Of a stretch of DNA of 64,000 bases, positions 32,491 through 46,223 are shown piece by piece. Both the position numbers and the translations under genes were made by a program. Numbering within the stretch: the first letter of the stretch is position 1; each line of letters opens with the position of its first letter. The notes under the pieces were generated by a model. The model did not search any database, was not told the origin of the DNA, and saw nothing but the letters and a program-made list of their open reading frames with translations. This DNA is from Eledone cirrhosa (taxonomy: Eukaryota): positions 297,972,001 to 298,036,000 of the forward strand of contig OZ024743.1 in assembly GCA_964016885.1 (NCBI GenBank), given 5' to 3'.

Positions 32491-34994
32491 GCAAAATATA
32501 AGATTCGTAAGAAGCCGATCACTGTCGCCACATAAAATACGTATATTTCGTTATTTTCATTGTACTTGAATAAGTGCATTTCGTTGTTTTTGTTTCACCG
32601 AAAGTGTATGTATGCACAAAAACAGAAGCACGTTTCGCTTCTTACGCTTCTGTATTTCGATTTTCTGACTGGAATTATTCTTTCATTTTAATGGTATCCG
32701 AAAATAGTACAACATTTTAGTTGTTGCAGTTTCGGACCATAATTGTCTGATGCTGCTGCTGCTGCCTTTTAGCCTCTAGTTGAGTCCTGGTTAAAGGTGT
32801 GTTTTAGATATAATTCTGTGACTATGTTCTATAATTAGATGTTCCTGTTTAAAAGGAGTAAGAGTATGATTTGAAGTAGATTTAGCTGCTAACTTTTGCA
32901 AGTTTAGCTCCAAAACAGGGGATTCTCTAGTTGGTTCACTGCAATCTTTTTTAAACTACTGTTTAGTTTTATGTTTATATTTAAAACATATTTGTTGTTA
33001 TTCTACTGTAAATTTATTTATATGCTCTGTCTATTAAACATTTTTTCTATATTTTTGTATCTCAATCTCACTATGTCAACCTAAACACTGATAGTCACTA
33101 CAAATTTTTGGCTTCATAATTTGTTATGGCAACCTTGCATATATAACATTGCCTGAACAATATCACAAGCATTAGGATTCCTCTTTAAAACTAGGAAATA
33201 CTTCAGCTATGATTAATTGTTGGCCATTTACAAAACTCAAATAGAGAGATCAAGGCTGCTACACACATGCATGTTCTAAACTGCATCCATAAAGTCATTT
33301 GACTAATTTGCAATAATTCAATTACCAATATACTTCAACCACTGATTAATAGATGAGTGCTCTCTTCTCTCTGCCTCCTGTTGTTTCTATAAATGCCTCA
33401 GCTCCTCTCATCATCATCATTTTATCATTATTTTATATCCGTTTTTTTCATAGGGGGATGGGTTAAATAGGTCTTTCCCAGCATAGCTTCCCTACTGTGT
33501 TCCTTTGTCATTTGCTCTGTAAATTTCAGCTTTTGGAGATCTGTTCTCACCACTTCTACCCAAATTTTTCTCCCTAATGGAAACTCCTGGCACTTCTTCA
33601 CTCAACAATCATCATCCATACGTACCAAAACTAACTTTTTGCATATCGTCATCACCATAGGAATCTGTTTTCCTTTCATCAGCTTTACAGTATACCTTAC
33701 TAATCCTATACTAAACAATTCACTCAATCTTTTTTCCTATAAACCCTCTGGATTTCCCTTGCTGAAATCGCTAAACAAAATGAGAAGAATTGGAAATCAA
33801 TTGTCTACATCATAGGAAACATACTACTGCACCTACAATCTACAATCATCATCATTGTTTAACATCTGCTTTCCCTCCTAGCAAGGGGTTGATGGGTCTT
33901 CAAAGACCAAGTCAGTACTGAAGCAAAGTTACTGACCTACAAGACAGGCCAGGGGTCTGCATCTCATATATAGTCCCATGTTTTACCATGTGCACCAGCA
34001 CAAAAGAGGTTGTCAGATCTTTGACACAACTGAAGGGTCCTCCCAACCCTTTTTTTGCTAAGCCTTCTACTGCTGGATGCCCTTCTTAGCACCAACCACT
34101 TTACAACGTATACCGGATGCATTTATCGTGTAGATCTCCAACACTAGAGAGGTTGTCATGCCATGACACAACTGAAGGATTCTCTCAAACCATTTTTGGA
34201 ATGGTTTCTACAGTGGCTTGCCTTTTCGTAGCACCAATGCTTGAGATATTGTTGGTCCTGTCCCAACGGAAGAGCCCTCTCTGCTCCATAGGGATTGGGT
34301 GAAGGCAATAGGTGAAGGGAGTTAAGTATAAAGTTATGGATGTATGGCAAGTGTGGTGTGATTTGACAGGGTGATGAGAAAGGAGAAAAATAATTTCAAT
34401 CAACCTTCCAGAATTATTCTTATTTCAATAATTGGCTGATGATGATGATATGCATCAGTCAGATGCTTCTGCGGAGAAACTGCAAACCAATGTTTGATTT
34501 TTGTGTGGATATTCTTTAGAAAAAGTATGGAAATTCTTTGTATTTGAGAAAATTTAGTCCATCATTCTCTACACTCAGAAGGGATCAATGAATCAAGAAT
34601 GAGCCAGTGTCAATTCTTTTGGCAATTAAGATTAAAATATTTATCAGCATCATCATCATAATCAACAATTTTACATTCATTTTTCCATGCAGGCACAAGT
34701 TGGACAAGGCAGAATTCCATGGCCTGATGCCTTTATGATGCCGATCCTTGCTTTTCCCTTTTTTGTTTGTATTTTAAATGAGATACCAATCTTTGCTCAT
34801 CTAACCACTTAGAAGAGGAATCTCTGTTTATGCAGAACATAAACAAACATCACCACCTGTGATGTGAAATACTAAGAGAAGAGACATACACATATTTATA
34901 TGTATATGATGGGCTTACTTACAGTTTCTGCCTACCAAATTCACTCACAAGGTTTTGGTCAGCTTAAGGCGTCACTTGCCCAAAGTGCCACACC

Positions 34995-37760
34995 GATTTC
35001 CTTGACTTTGCTAAAGCTTTCAATTCTGTGCCACACAAAAGACTTAAGCAAAACTCTCTGCAATGTGTGAAAGATGATCTATTTAACTGGTTATAGTCCT
35101 TCATTCTCAGTCGAAAGAGGTAGTCACGGTTCAAGGACAGCATTCTTCACCTTATAAGATGTCAGCCGCTGTACTGCAGGGATCTGTTCTTGGTCCCCTT
35201 TTGTTTGTTGCATATATTAATGACATAGATGCCAACTTAAAGAATGCCACAGTGCTGAAATATGCAGATAACATCAAGCCATACCTTGAGATAAAAAGGA
35301 CAGATCCTGAACACTATAGGTCTTTCCTGCAATCAGACCTGGACACAAAGCAGCAATGTATCACAGACTGGCAACTCAAGCTGGCTATGGACAAGTGTAC
35401 CACCATGCATTTTGGGAGGAAAAACCCAGCATCCACATACTCCCTCCACAACACCAATATCAAGAATTTGCGTTGGACAAAGCACATCTCTTAAATTGTC
35501 AAGAAGGCCGAGGATGTCTTGGCATCCCTCAGCAAGAACTTTGTCAGCCGCTCTCCAGCTATCTATTTAAAACTATATAGAGGGACTGGGTAAAACTCGA
35601 TGAGATTCAGTTTGGGTTTGTGCCAGGAAAAGGCACCACTGATGCTCTCTTCCTTGTGAGGCAGTTACAGCAAAAGTACCTAGCTAAAAGTAAGCTGTGC
35701 TATAATCTTGCGGGCTCTTAGAAAACTAGGAGTAGATGAATGGCTTGTGAAAGCTGTACAAGCCATGTGTAGGTGAGCAGTCAGCAAAGTTAGGGTTAAC
35801 AATGACTATAAGGAATTTAGCATACAGGTCGGTGTCCACCAGGACTCTGTTCTGAGCCCTCTCCTGTTTATTATAGTATTGCAGGCTATAACAGAGGAGT
35901 TTAAGACCAGATGCCCATGGGAACTTCTGTATGCAGATGATCTTACACTGGCGGAACTAAAGAAGAAATTCCAAACATGGAAACAGGGACTAGAAAGAAA
36001 GGGTCTCAAAGTCAACCTGACAAAGACTAAGGACCTCGTAAGTAGACGAGAAAACAGAAACAAGATCCCCTCAGAGAAATGGCCTTGCTATGTATGTAGG
36101 AAAGGTGTAGGTAGGAACTCTATCCTCTGCCCCAATTGCAAATTATGTGTACACAAGAGATGTAGTGGGATCTCAGGAAGCTTAGTTAAGAATGTAGGCT
36201 TTACATGTAGCAGCTGCACCGGGACAGAAAGCAGCAAACAGCCACAGGAAACAAGCACCACCAAACTCTGGGAGGGCTCTGTAGAAACAGTAGACAGCTT
36301 CTGCTTCCTAGGTGACTGAATTAGCAGTGGAGGTGGGTATCCGGAAAGTACAATAACTAGGGTAAGAATCGGATGAAAGAAGTTCAGGGAGCTACTGCCA
36401 CTGCTAGCTGCAAAAGGCTTTTCCCTCAAAATGAAGGGCAGACTGTATGATGCGTGTATACGAACAGCAATGTTACATGGTAGTGAGACCTGGGCGCTAT
36501 CTGTAGAAGACTTGCGTAGATTAGAAAGAAACGAAGCCTGCATGCTCTGAGGGATGTGTAATAGTAATATACGTGAACGGCAAAGCATAAACGAATTGAG
36601 AGAGAAACTGAGCATAAGAGGAATCAAATGCTGTGTGCAGGAGAGGAGGTTGTGTTGGTATGGACATGTGATGTGTATGAAGGATGACAGCTGCATAAAA
36701 AGGTGCAGAGCACTAAAAGTCAATGGAAGCCATGGTGTGGGGAGACCCAAGAAGACCTAGGATGAGGTGATAAAAGTTGACCTTGCCCAATTGCACCTCC
36801 CAAAGGCGATGACACAAGACTGTGACCTCTGGCATCACACAGTAATACAGAAGACCCGACTTCCCACGAGAACAAGCTGAAGCATATAGACAATATGCCC
36901 CCATCCCCTCCCACATCAAAGTAGTCGTGGAGGAGTCATGACAAAAAAGCACCCAGCCCACACTGTAAACTGGTCGTGTAGGCGCCACGGAAAAAAAGCA
37001 CCCGGCACTCACTGTAAATTAGGTTGGTGTTAGGAAGGGCATCCAGCTGTAGATATCAAGCCAAAATCAGTTCCCGTATGAACAAGACAAGGTCACCCGA
37101 CCTGGCACTGCCCACAACAAGACAACCCATCTAACCATGCTAGCATGGAAGAATGGATGTAAAACGGTGATGATGATGATGATAGAGCTATGGTTCGGTC
37201 ACACTTAGAATTTGCATCACCAGTCTGGAAGCCCTATCTTGCTCTGAACAATGACCTCCTGGAAACTGTTCAGAGACGTGCAACCAAGTTAATACCCTCC
37301 ATCAGGCATCTACCATACTCTGAACGCCTTGCCTCCCTGAGCATGGACACAATGAAGCTCAGATGTCTGGCAACTTACTTGGTAAACACCCACAAAATTA
37401 TTAACCATCTTGCCAACAACCCTGAGCACCATTTTGATTTCCATGAATCTAACACATGTGGGCATGCCTACAAAGTCAGAAAACACGACAGCTCCCGTGA
37501 CTTTCGGAAACATTATTTCACACTCAGAGTTGCTGAAGCATGGAACAAACTACCAGCATCAGTTGTTAGCTGCTGAGACACTGCATCTTTTAAAACCTCC
37601 ATGCTTCCTGAAATTTGCCAACACTACACCTGATATCCCCCCTCCATACACACGCGCACAGGTATATCATGACTCATACACTGTTCACTTTCCTGACATT
37701 TGTACATTATTCTATGTACTATGCATGCACCTTTGATGAGTTGTAGTCCACCTGAGCACT
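34995..37760 (+). pseudogene. CR1/L2-group LINE RT remnant split by an RTE insertion
   Basis: LDFAKAF, QGSVLGPLLF, KYADN, KLYRAMVRSHLEFASPVW, LETVQRRATK, RVAEAWNKLP. Confidence 0.85.
35583..37181 (+). mobile_element. Decayed 5'-truncated RTE (A-related) with 6-bp TSD
   Basis: TSD atagag at 35577-35582 and 37182-37187; YADD, PHD, modular 3' UTR, (GAT)n. Confidence 0.9.
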
Positions 37761-38809
37761 GTACACAATAATTCCATTATTATTTTATATATATATGTGT
37801 GTTTCATTTCAGATCTATTGATGTCTTCTTCAAGTAGACATAAATATATAAATGATCCTAATACATTTTGTTACTAAATTTGTTACTTAACAGCCAGTTT
37901 GTGTCATTTAATTAGGATCACTTCTTAAATTCACAGCTTCCCTATGTTTTATAGAATGGTGGCAATCATGTTTGTTTTAGTATTTCCACAGTTTACAATG
38001 TGTTTTCAGAAAGATACATGTAGTGATGTATTCTTTCACTCAAATATGTAAAGGCTGGTCAGGCTTCTGCCTGCTACTAGTACCACGCAACCCAGTACAA
38101 CCTGGTTGAGTAGTCGATGACTAAAGAGGCTACCCCACTAGAACCCAGTCTGGTGAGGAGGGTAAGTGGAACCCCAGCAGTACAAGAAACAAGATGAACT
38201 CCTCAGAGTCAACAGCCATCCACTCAATGCACAGCTGGGCTACATGGGGCCTTCCTTACAGGAACATCTGTATAGGAAACAACCCCTTCATGACAAGAAC
38301 CCATGCATACTAGGTAACTACCCCATCTACAACATCATCGTCATTGTTTAATGTCCACTTTCTCTGCTAGAAAGGGTTGGACAGGTTTACAGTTCTATGG
38401 GTTAAATAGCCTCACCAACTTGCAAATAGCCAAGTATGGTGAGAACAGAAAGTGGTGGAAATCAACCAGGGAGGGGTTCCTCCAACAGGAGGGAGGTCTA
38501 GGACTGGATTGTTTCTGATGTAGCACTTGTTGCATTTGGTATACGCTCTCTGGTACATTGTGTAGGTATTTACCTGTACAAGCCTGCCAAAGAAATGTTT
38601 GGGAGGACCCTTTAGTTGTGTGAAAGACATGATAACCTTCCCTGATAGAACATAAGACCATACATAAGTGAAATGCAGCTTCTCCCCTCCCCCTCCGGCT
38701 TGTATGGAAGATCAGTAGCCCCACTTTACTAATGACTTGGTCTACATAGACCTGTTCAACGCTTACTAGTAGGGAAAGTGTATGTTAAACAATGATGATG
38801 ATGATGTAG

Positions 38810-39400
38810 ATGGGATAGTTAGCAAGCATACATTGATTCTTGTCACCAAAGGGCTGGTTCCTATACTGATGATCCTGTAGGAAAGGTCCCACATAGCCCA
38901 GCTGTGTATTGAGTTCTTCCTACGGACGGCCTTGCAGATAGCAGTGGTTGTGTATTCGGTGAAATGTGACAATTTCAGGAAACACATGATGGTAAATTTG
39001 TTCCATTTCCTGAACTTCATGTCATGCAGTTGGTTGGTAAAAGATGTTGGGTATCCATTGATTTCCAACACTTTATGGAACTATGTGGTCTGATTGCTGA
39101 TGTTACGGCATCTGTCCCGAATGTAGGCAATTTCATTGTATATGTTTCCAATTTTTAACACTGATAGAGAGGGTTGACTTGTGAATGAGCAGATTCTTGC
39201 TGGCAGTTTTCCAGTAGAAATCAGAGTTAACTTCACCTCCATTCAGTTGCTCAGCTGGAAGTTGAGTAGGGTGAGGGATCCTATCTTACTGGGTTGTTTG
39301 ATACTAAAACCTATTTGCTCGTCCTTGTTCTCAAATATCTTGTTGGCCTCTTCATGTGAGGATGTATTAGGTTGTCATCTATATCCCTGGTAAAGGTGTA
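38810..39400 (-). pseudogene. Penelope-like RT C-terminal remnant
   Basis: K..SKNLLIH, IRDRC...VLEINGYP...FLKLSHF...ICKAVRR resemble the PLE thumb/linker region; heavily decayed. Confidence 0.5.
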
Positions 39401-40272
39401 GCAATGGCAGGTGTTGAGCAATTAGTGTTCCATGTAAGTGATGTCTTGGTGGCCTGACAGGCTGGATCCCATGCATAGGCCTGATGTCTGTCTGTATATC
39501 ATGGCATAGATGTTGATACACACACACCTGTCCAACCCATGGAAGAATGAACATACATAATATAGTGATGATGACATACTCACAGACAGAAATACACATA
39601 CATACTCACACATACATACACAAATACTCACACATTAATAGTGCATTGGACAAAATATCTTGTGATATTTATTTATGTTTCCTTATATTCTAAGTTCAAG
39701 TCCCAGATAAGTATTGTCTTTCCTCATTTTGAGTTTCATAAAAAATATGTGAAGGCATATGGCTTAGTAGTGAGAGAATCAGATTTGCAATCATGAGGTT
39801 GCGAGTTTGATTCCCAGACCAGATGATGTTATGTCCTTGAGCAAAACAAGACTCTTTCTGCCAAGAGTTGCGACCAGTAAATAGTATTAGCAATGGAAAG
39901 ACCAATAGAAAATGTTTCCATGGTCTAATTTGATGAGAACCACCTCACTTGATAAGTAAGTGATGTCTGGGATCTTGTCAATCAATTTGATATAAAATAC
40001 ATGTCACTTTACACCAAGGTCAACCTAGAGAAAAAAGGACAGAAAAGCACATGACAGAACTACAATGTAATTTTGTTCAACATATTTATTTTCCCCACCA
40101 CTATCACCACCACCACATACACATACACATACACCTACACCAATGTAGTTTCTGTTTACCAAATTTTCCTCAGAAGAAATTTACCAAATGTTACACAGTG
40201 GAATGAAATTTGAAATCACAATGTTACAAAGAAAACTTCTCAAAAACTCAGACATGCTTGTTCATTTTCATA

Positions 40273-43200
40273 TCAAGTAAAATCATTTGTTTTATATAAA
40301 CCTCTATTTTTGACATTGGCAACTGATAAAATGTCTCCTCCTACTGTAAAAAATCCTACAGGATAGACACTTTCGTTGCTCCCAGATATAACACTGGTGT
40401 CAAGTGACTGAGTTGTTGTCATAGTTCGATTTAGTGATTTAGAACGTTTTTCTCTTTTGGGACTGAACTGTGAGCACATTTTTTCTTCAATACATGAAAC
40501 AGGAGATAAGTGAGGTACTAGAGAGCTTTCAAATACATTTGATTTTAATTTAGACGATTTTCCATGTATTGTATTTGTTGTTGTGTCACTATCTGTGGTG
40601 TCGGAAAATGGTAAGATTAAATCTGTAGTTGCCTCAACTGTAGGATTCCAGGTGATGTTTTGTATCTGAGAACTATTTGAAATGGATGAGTTAAACTCAT
40701 TATTCTGTTCCCCATGTCTGTCGTATTCAAGCCCCACAGGTTCAGTTTTAACAGTGGAATTAATAATATTAGAAGGATTATCACTTTTACTAGCATCCAG
40801 AGTGTCAACCTCATATTTCTGTTCAAAGACAGTAGCTGTATCATTTTTAACTTGTGCTAATTCAGCCTTACAATTCGCTTGTGTAGTGACAGATGGATCA
40901 GATTGAGCTGTAACTGATTTGATCGATGATGAAGGCAGAGATGGTTGAACTGTTGGAATTGCAATGTTAGAGCTATTTGATGAACTGGCTTGCATTTCAC
41001 TTACGTCGCATGCTAAAATAGGTTGCCAAGATATTGTACTTGGAATATAACTATCACATAACTGTTCAAATTCTTTCATGTCCAATTGTTTTCCAATGAT
41101 TTTTAACTGATGTAAAATATCTGGATCCATGTCTAGATGGCCATTGTACATGTATTCTGCAAAAGCATTTAGAGCTTGTGTGCTTACATCTTCTGGAAAT
41201 TTAATTTGGAGGAATTTCTGAGAAGTAATATTTGTGCTAAATACTGAGAGCAGTTTGGGACAGATAGCTGAGAGAACAAGTTTATGTACCTGAAATATAG
41301 TAAATGGTAAAAACCTATTTATAATCTTCTATAAGAAATATATCATAAGTAGAAAGACAAAACTTCAATGAATTTTAAGAACTGAGTGTTGAATTTCCAT
41401 ACAAAAATGCATTACTTTTATCTATGGGCCACCATCACTTTGACACAAAAAGAATGAAATTATTGTATTAAATTGTAATTTCAATTTATAATACAAAGTT
41501 GTTTCCTCAATATTCCTATGAAATTCACTTCGAAGAATAAATTTGTAAAATATTTCATTTTAAATTAATAGACATGAGGCTTCTTTTTGAATTAAAGTTA
41601 TAACCTATGTAAGATCTGACAAGGTTCCTATAGAAAATTTGGAGATAAATTAAGTCTAAAAAATTTTTTTCACAGCAATGATAAATAAAATTTAACTTTT
41701 TTTTTTCCTTAGAGTAAATAGTAATTACATGTTAATTACAGTTTCTACAGCCAAATACCTTTTCTAATGCCAACCACTTTACACTGTGTATTGGGAGCAT
41801 TTTATCAAGCTCTATCACCTTACTGAGTGAACTGAGTGCTTTTTTGTGGAACTAACACTTCCAATTTAGGGGAGGGGCTGGGTGCTTTTTTGTGACACCA
41901 GCACTACTGCCTTAAAGTGTAGACTAGGTGCTTTTATCATGGCAACAGCATTGCCACTTTACAAAGTGGACTATGTGCATTGATGGTAGTGGGGAAGGGT
42001 GTTTATACCACTATGGGAGAGGAAGCATCAGGTCAAGGAGGACGCCTTGAAGATAGAGTTGTGTTTGGTGATATATTTTGAGGTGTCCCTGGATCCATGG
42101 AGGCATAGATTTGACAAGGAAAAGAGATGTGGGTAGCAGTAAAGAGCACACCATTCTTTCTTTATTCCATACTGACAAGGAAGGTAAATTGGGGATGTAG
42201 GAAGGAGGGATGAGGAAACGTTTTTTTTTGCTTGAAAGGGAAATTACAAGAAAAAATAATAATGGATAACTAAAATATTTCACATAACTACATAAATATA
42301 TATATGTAGACAAAGAAAAGAATATTTACTGACCACATCTCACATTTACTGTGAAAAGGCTAATAGGAATATACCTACCAACACTGAAGATGAACCATTG
42401 CTAATACTAGCATCACACAATTTTCTTTTTTTCCACAGAGAAGCTAGGTTGGACATTACACACTGCTGATGACCAACAACAACAAAAATGTGTTTTTCTT
42501 CGTGTTGAGGTTTTCTCACAAGTGTTGATCTGGATATATTTGTCTGAGATGATTCGGTCACAATTCTATGTTGTCGGATGGATATCTGAGAAGAATCTAC
42601 CATAGATTTTGTAGCAGTATCCATTTGTCTGAAATGAAAATTTACAAATACCATATATACTTGAATATAAGCCAACCACCCAATAATTTATGTTTGAGAA
42701 ATGGGCAAAAATTGAAATCTCATTTATAAGTTGAGACAGTTAATCAACACATTGTTTAGATCAGCAGTCGCCAACTGGTGGATCGCAGAAAGATTTGGAC
42801 ATTATTTGCAATTTTTATGTTTTATTAATAATAAAACAATAATAATATTTGGATAAAATATATTCTATAACACCCCTAAAAAATGTTTTAATAGGTACAT
42901 TTCATATTAAGAAAAGGGAAGTTCGCTAATCATTATTTCACAAATGTATTTATCTTTTTAACAAAAATTCATATTAGTGTTCCATGGGATTTAAAATTAT
43001 GAATTTAGTGGTCTGTGAGGTCAGAAAGGTTGGCAACTACTGGTGTAGATGGTGTATATAAGCCACTCCCCACTAACCCATTTTACCATCGATTTTTTTT
43101 CTCACATATTTCTCGGCTTATATTTGAGTATATACAGTAATTCAGATGAATTACACAAATGAAAGCAAATTTCATCATCAAAATACCAACTGTAATCAAC

Positions 43201-43802
43201 ACCTACTTCTTATCAATAACTTGCTGATCATCAGTTTGTTTCTTCTGTATATTTATTGGTGGAGGTTGAGGAGATGAATCGTTTGGAATGAGTACAGTTA
43301 TAGGAGACATATTGGTAGGAACAATGTTTTTATGTTGAAGATTCTCAAATGATCCTGAGTAATGTGGATTTGAAATTTTTCTCTGCAAGTATAAACAAAA
43401 TTTATAATCTTTAAAACTATAAAAGCTTTTAAATAAAATGAAATATTTTTGCACAAATTAAAAAATAGAAATATAAAGCTTTTCTTTTCTAAATGAAGCT
43501 ATTTTATATATCATCATCATCGTCGTTTAACGTCCATTTTTCCATGCTTGCATGGGTTAGATGGGTTGTCATGTTATGTGACAAGTCAGATCTGGAGACC
43601 AACATAATCATACAGGATTTGTATCTTGGCTTTTCTATGACTGGATGCCCTTCCTAACACCAACCATGTTACAGAGTGGACTGGGTAACAAGATGTGTAT
43701 ATTATAAAAGAAATGTTATACATTTCTTCATTAAAAATAAAGTAGTATAATTAATAAGAATATTAATACAACCTCCTTCTTAAAAATTCTTAGCTTCCTC
43801 AT
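40273..43802 (-). CDS. Host gene: BTB/POZ-domain protein, ~490 aa, join(43802-43773, 43382-43207, 42628-42379, 41289-40273)
   Basis: All introns are GT..AG with matching phases (0, 2, 0), total 1473 nt. The BTB motif LWKKRKLCDASI..VL|VHKLVLSAICPKL...AFAEYMYNGHL...LDMKEFEQLC spans the last junction; Ser/Thr-rich tail. The 30-nt first exon is the least certain. Confidence 0.8.
42762..43042. mobile_element. hAT (Charlie-like) MITE in a BTB intron
   Basis: TIRs cagcagtcgccaac / gttggcaactactg; 8-bp TSD gtttagat / gtgtagat. Confidence 0.75.
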
Positions 43803-44300
43803 CTCTTTAAAAAAATAATAGTGGGCTACTTGTAGAAATTTAGTCATGAATGAATGCTTAACAATCAGTTTTTAACAGTATTTACTGAAATTTACAATCT
43901 CAGTTGTGCGAGCAGTGCCCTACTTTAAAGAATATTTTGATTTTGTGAAGTTATTCAGAGAACAAATATTTTTTGCACCCTGAAAGAAATTAAGTTTTCG
44001 TAACACAGTGTTGGATAGATAAAAGATTTGAGATAACAAGGAAAAAATTATTAACCATTTCATTACTATATTTCTAATGAAAAATACTGCCTGTAATAAA
44101 TAATTTTCAAAATAATCAAGAATTGGAAGGGGTTTTGTAATCAATATCATTTTCTTATTAAGGTTCTTGCATAAAATTATGACGGAATGTTTTTTAGATA
44201 AATATAAACAGCTTTGTATCACAGAACTAGGGGCAATTTGGTATCAAAAGGGTTAAAGTATTACACTAAGAAATAGTAAAGAATATATATATATTTTTTT

Positions 44301-44470
44301 TTCTATTTTAGGCACAAGGCCAGCAATTACCCAGTACATTACTGGTACTTTATTTTATCGACCCCGTAAGGATGAAAGGCAAAGTTAACCTCGGCCGGAT
44401 TTGAACTCAGATCGTAAAAGAGCGTAACTATGCTGGAAAGCATGTCCGACCCTCTACCGATACTGCCAAT
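44301..44470 (-). mobile_element. tRNA-derived SINE (further decayed copies ~46687-46905 +, 46940-47070 +, 50096-50277 -, 55860-56035 -)
   Basis: Same body and A/B boxes as 22362-22550. Confidence 0.85.
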
Positions 44471-44695
44471 ATTGTTAAAAAACCAGATGTTCGCAAACAT
44501 TTTCAACTCTCAGACAGATGCAGCCTATTTTATCTGACAAATTAGCCCCAAAACAAACAGTTATGCTGTGTTCTATACTTAAATGTTTTACAAAAGAAAT
44601 ATCCCACATGAATTAAAAATAGAATCCTAAGCAAATACAGAATGGGTTTAATGACACAATAGTGCTGAAGCACACTATTTAGGAATTAGTTTTAA

Positions 44696-44916
44696 CCCTT
44701 TACCATTTAAACTGGCCATATCCGGCCAGAATTCTCTCTCCTCTTTCTGTTCAAACTGGTTGTAACCAGCCACTCATACTGATGTTAAGGTATTGTTCTC
44801 AAAATAAATAATATCAAAATCTCATAGATTTGATATTATGTGAGATAATTATGTGAGGTAAAGCCTTCACTGTGAAAATATAATAGTATATATAGAGTAA
44901 TGTAAATGATAAAGGG
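44696..44916. mobile_element. piggyBac-like MITE
   Basis: TTAA|ccctttaccattt ... aaatgataaaggg|cTAA. Confidence 0.6.
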
Positions 44917-45839
44917 CTAAGCTGTTTGTTGATCATAAGAAGATAAAATATTGTAGGTCTGTTTCAGTGAGACATGTATTTGACATTCTTAAAATGGTCA
45001 CAAATCTTGGGTAATGACCGAGAGAATACGATCATGAATACAAGTGGCCAAAATGGGGTTCCGCCAAAAGGTCTTTGGAGTAACATTACTCGATAGAGTG
45101 TGTAGCTTGGAGATCAGAGAATCATACCAGGTAGAGTTGTTGCTTCTCCCAATTGAGAAATCACAGCTCTGATAATACAGGTGTGTGGTTAGAATGTCTC
45201 AGGAAAGAATCACTGGACATATTTTATGGGCAAAACCAAACGGCAGGAGACAAAGAAGTAGACCCCAATCAAGATGGTTGTTTAACATCCGTGAGCTTGG
45301 CTGGTTTCACTTGGGGATCCAGCTAACAGGACCCATTGGAAGGAGTGTTTGAGGACTCTTCCCTCATGAGTGGGCGAAGAAGAAAATGGTCACATTTCTA
45401 GAAAGTTTACACTACTATAAAATCAGTATGTTGTTTTTAACCACACAGTATTGTGTGGATCTTTAAACACATGCTTCCATTAATCATATAGAGGCCATGT
45501 GGAATTTAAAAAAACTGTAATGACATTGAAAAAACAACACACACATGATAGAACTGTAGCAGATAGCTACTCATACCTGACTTTTAAAAATAATTTCTTA
45601 GAAAAATTTATGTTATTCTTGTGAAAAAATAGTTACTCAGCATTGCAGCATTGCATGGTCTTTACATCCATCTAAGTAGAAAAACTGGGAAATATATGAA
45701 ATGAAACATTTTTAGCATCAGACTAGTTACATATTTTAGACATAGATCCTATACTAACTGCTGTATCTGATTGGTAATCATATTATGGATAATAGTTAAA
45801 TGCACTTAAAGTTGTCTGCCAAGTGTTAAAGTCTTTAGC

Positions 45840-46223
45840 TCAAATCTGCATGAAGCCTTTCAATGTTTCTTGTTCTTGTTTTCTCACCTGTCTCTTTCTT
45901 TGTTGTTGTAATCTTTCACTATGTTTTTCTTCTGTCTTTTCCTGTCTCAGTCTAGCTTGTCTTCTTCTTTGATCTTGTAATCTTTTACTGCGTTTTTCTT
46001 CTGTCTCTTCCTGTCTCATTCTAGCTTGTCTTATTCTTTGATTTTGTAATCTTTCACCCCGTTTTTTTATTGTCTCTTTCTGTCTCAGTATGGCTTGTCG
46101 TATTCTTTGATGTTGTAATTTTTCACTGTGTTTGTCTTCTGTATCTTCTTGTCTCAATCTAACTTGTCCCATTCTTTCAGATTCATGTCTTTGAATACGC
46201 TTTTCTGCTCTTTTTGATGGCAT
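45840..46223 (-). CDS. Stand-alone 127-aa ORF with four 23-aa STPR-like repeats
   Basis: RQEETEEKRSKRLQDQRRRQARL-type unit occurs four times; MPSKR start; candidate splice acceptor tttcag at 46267-46266 just upstream. Confidence 0.6.
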   Translation of the reverse strand: MPSKRAEKRIQRHESERMGQVRLRQEDTEDKHSEKLQHQRIRQAILRQKETIKKRGERLQNQRIRQARMRQEETEEKRSKRLQDQRRRQARLRQEKTEEKHSERLQQQRKRQVRKQEQETLKGFMQI

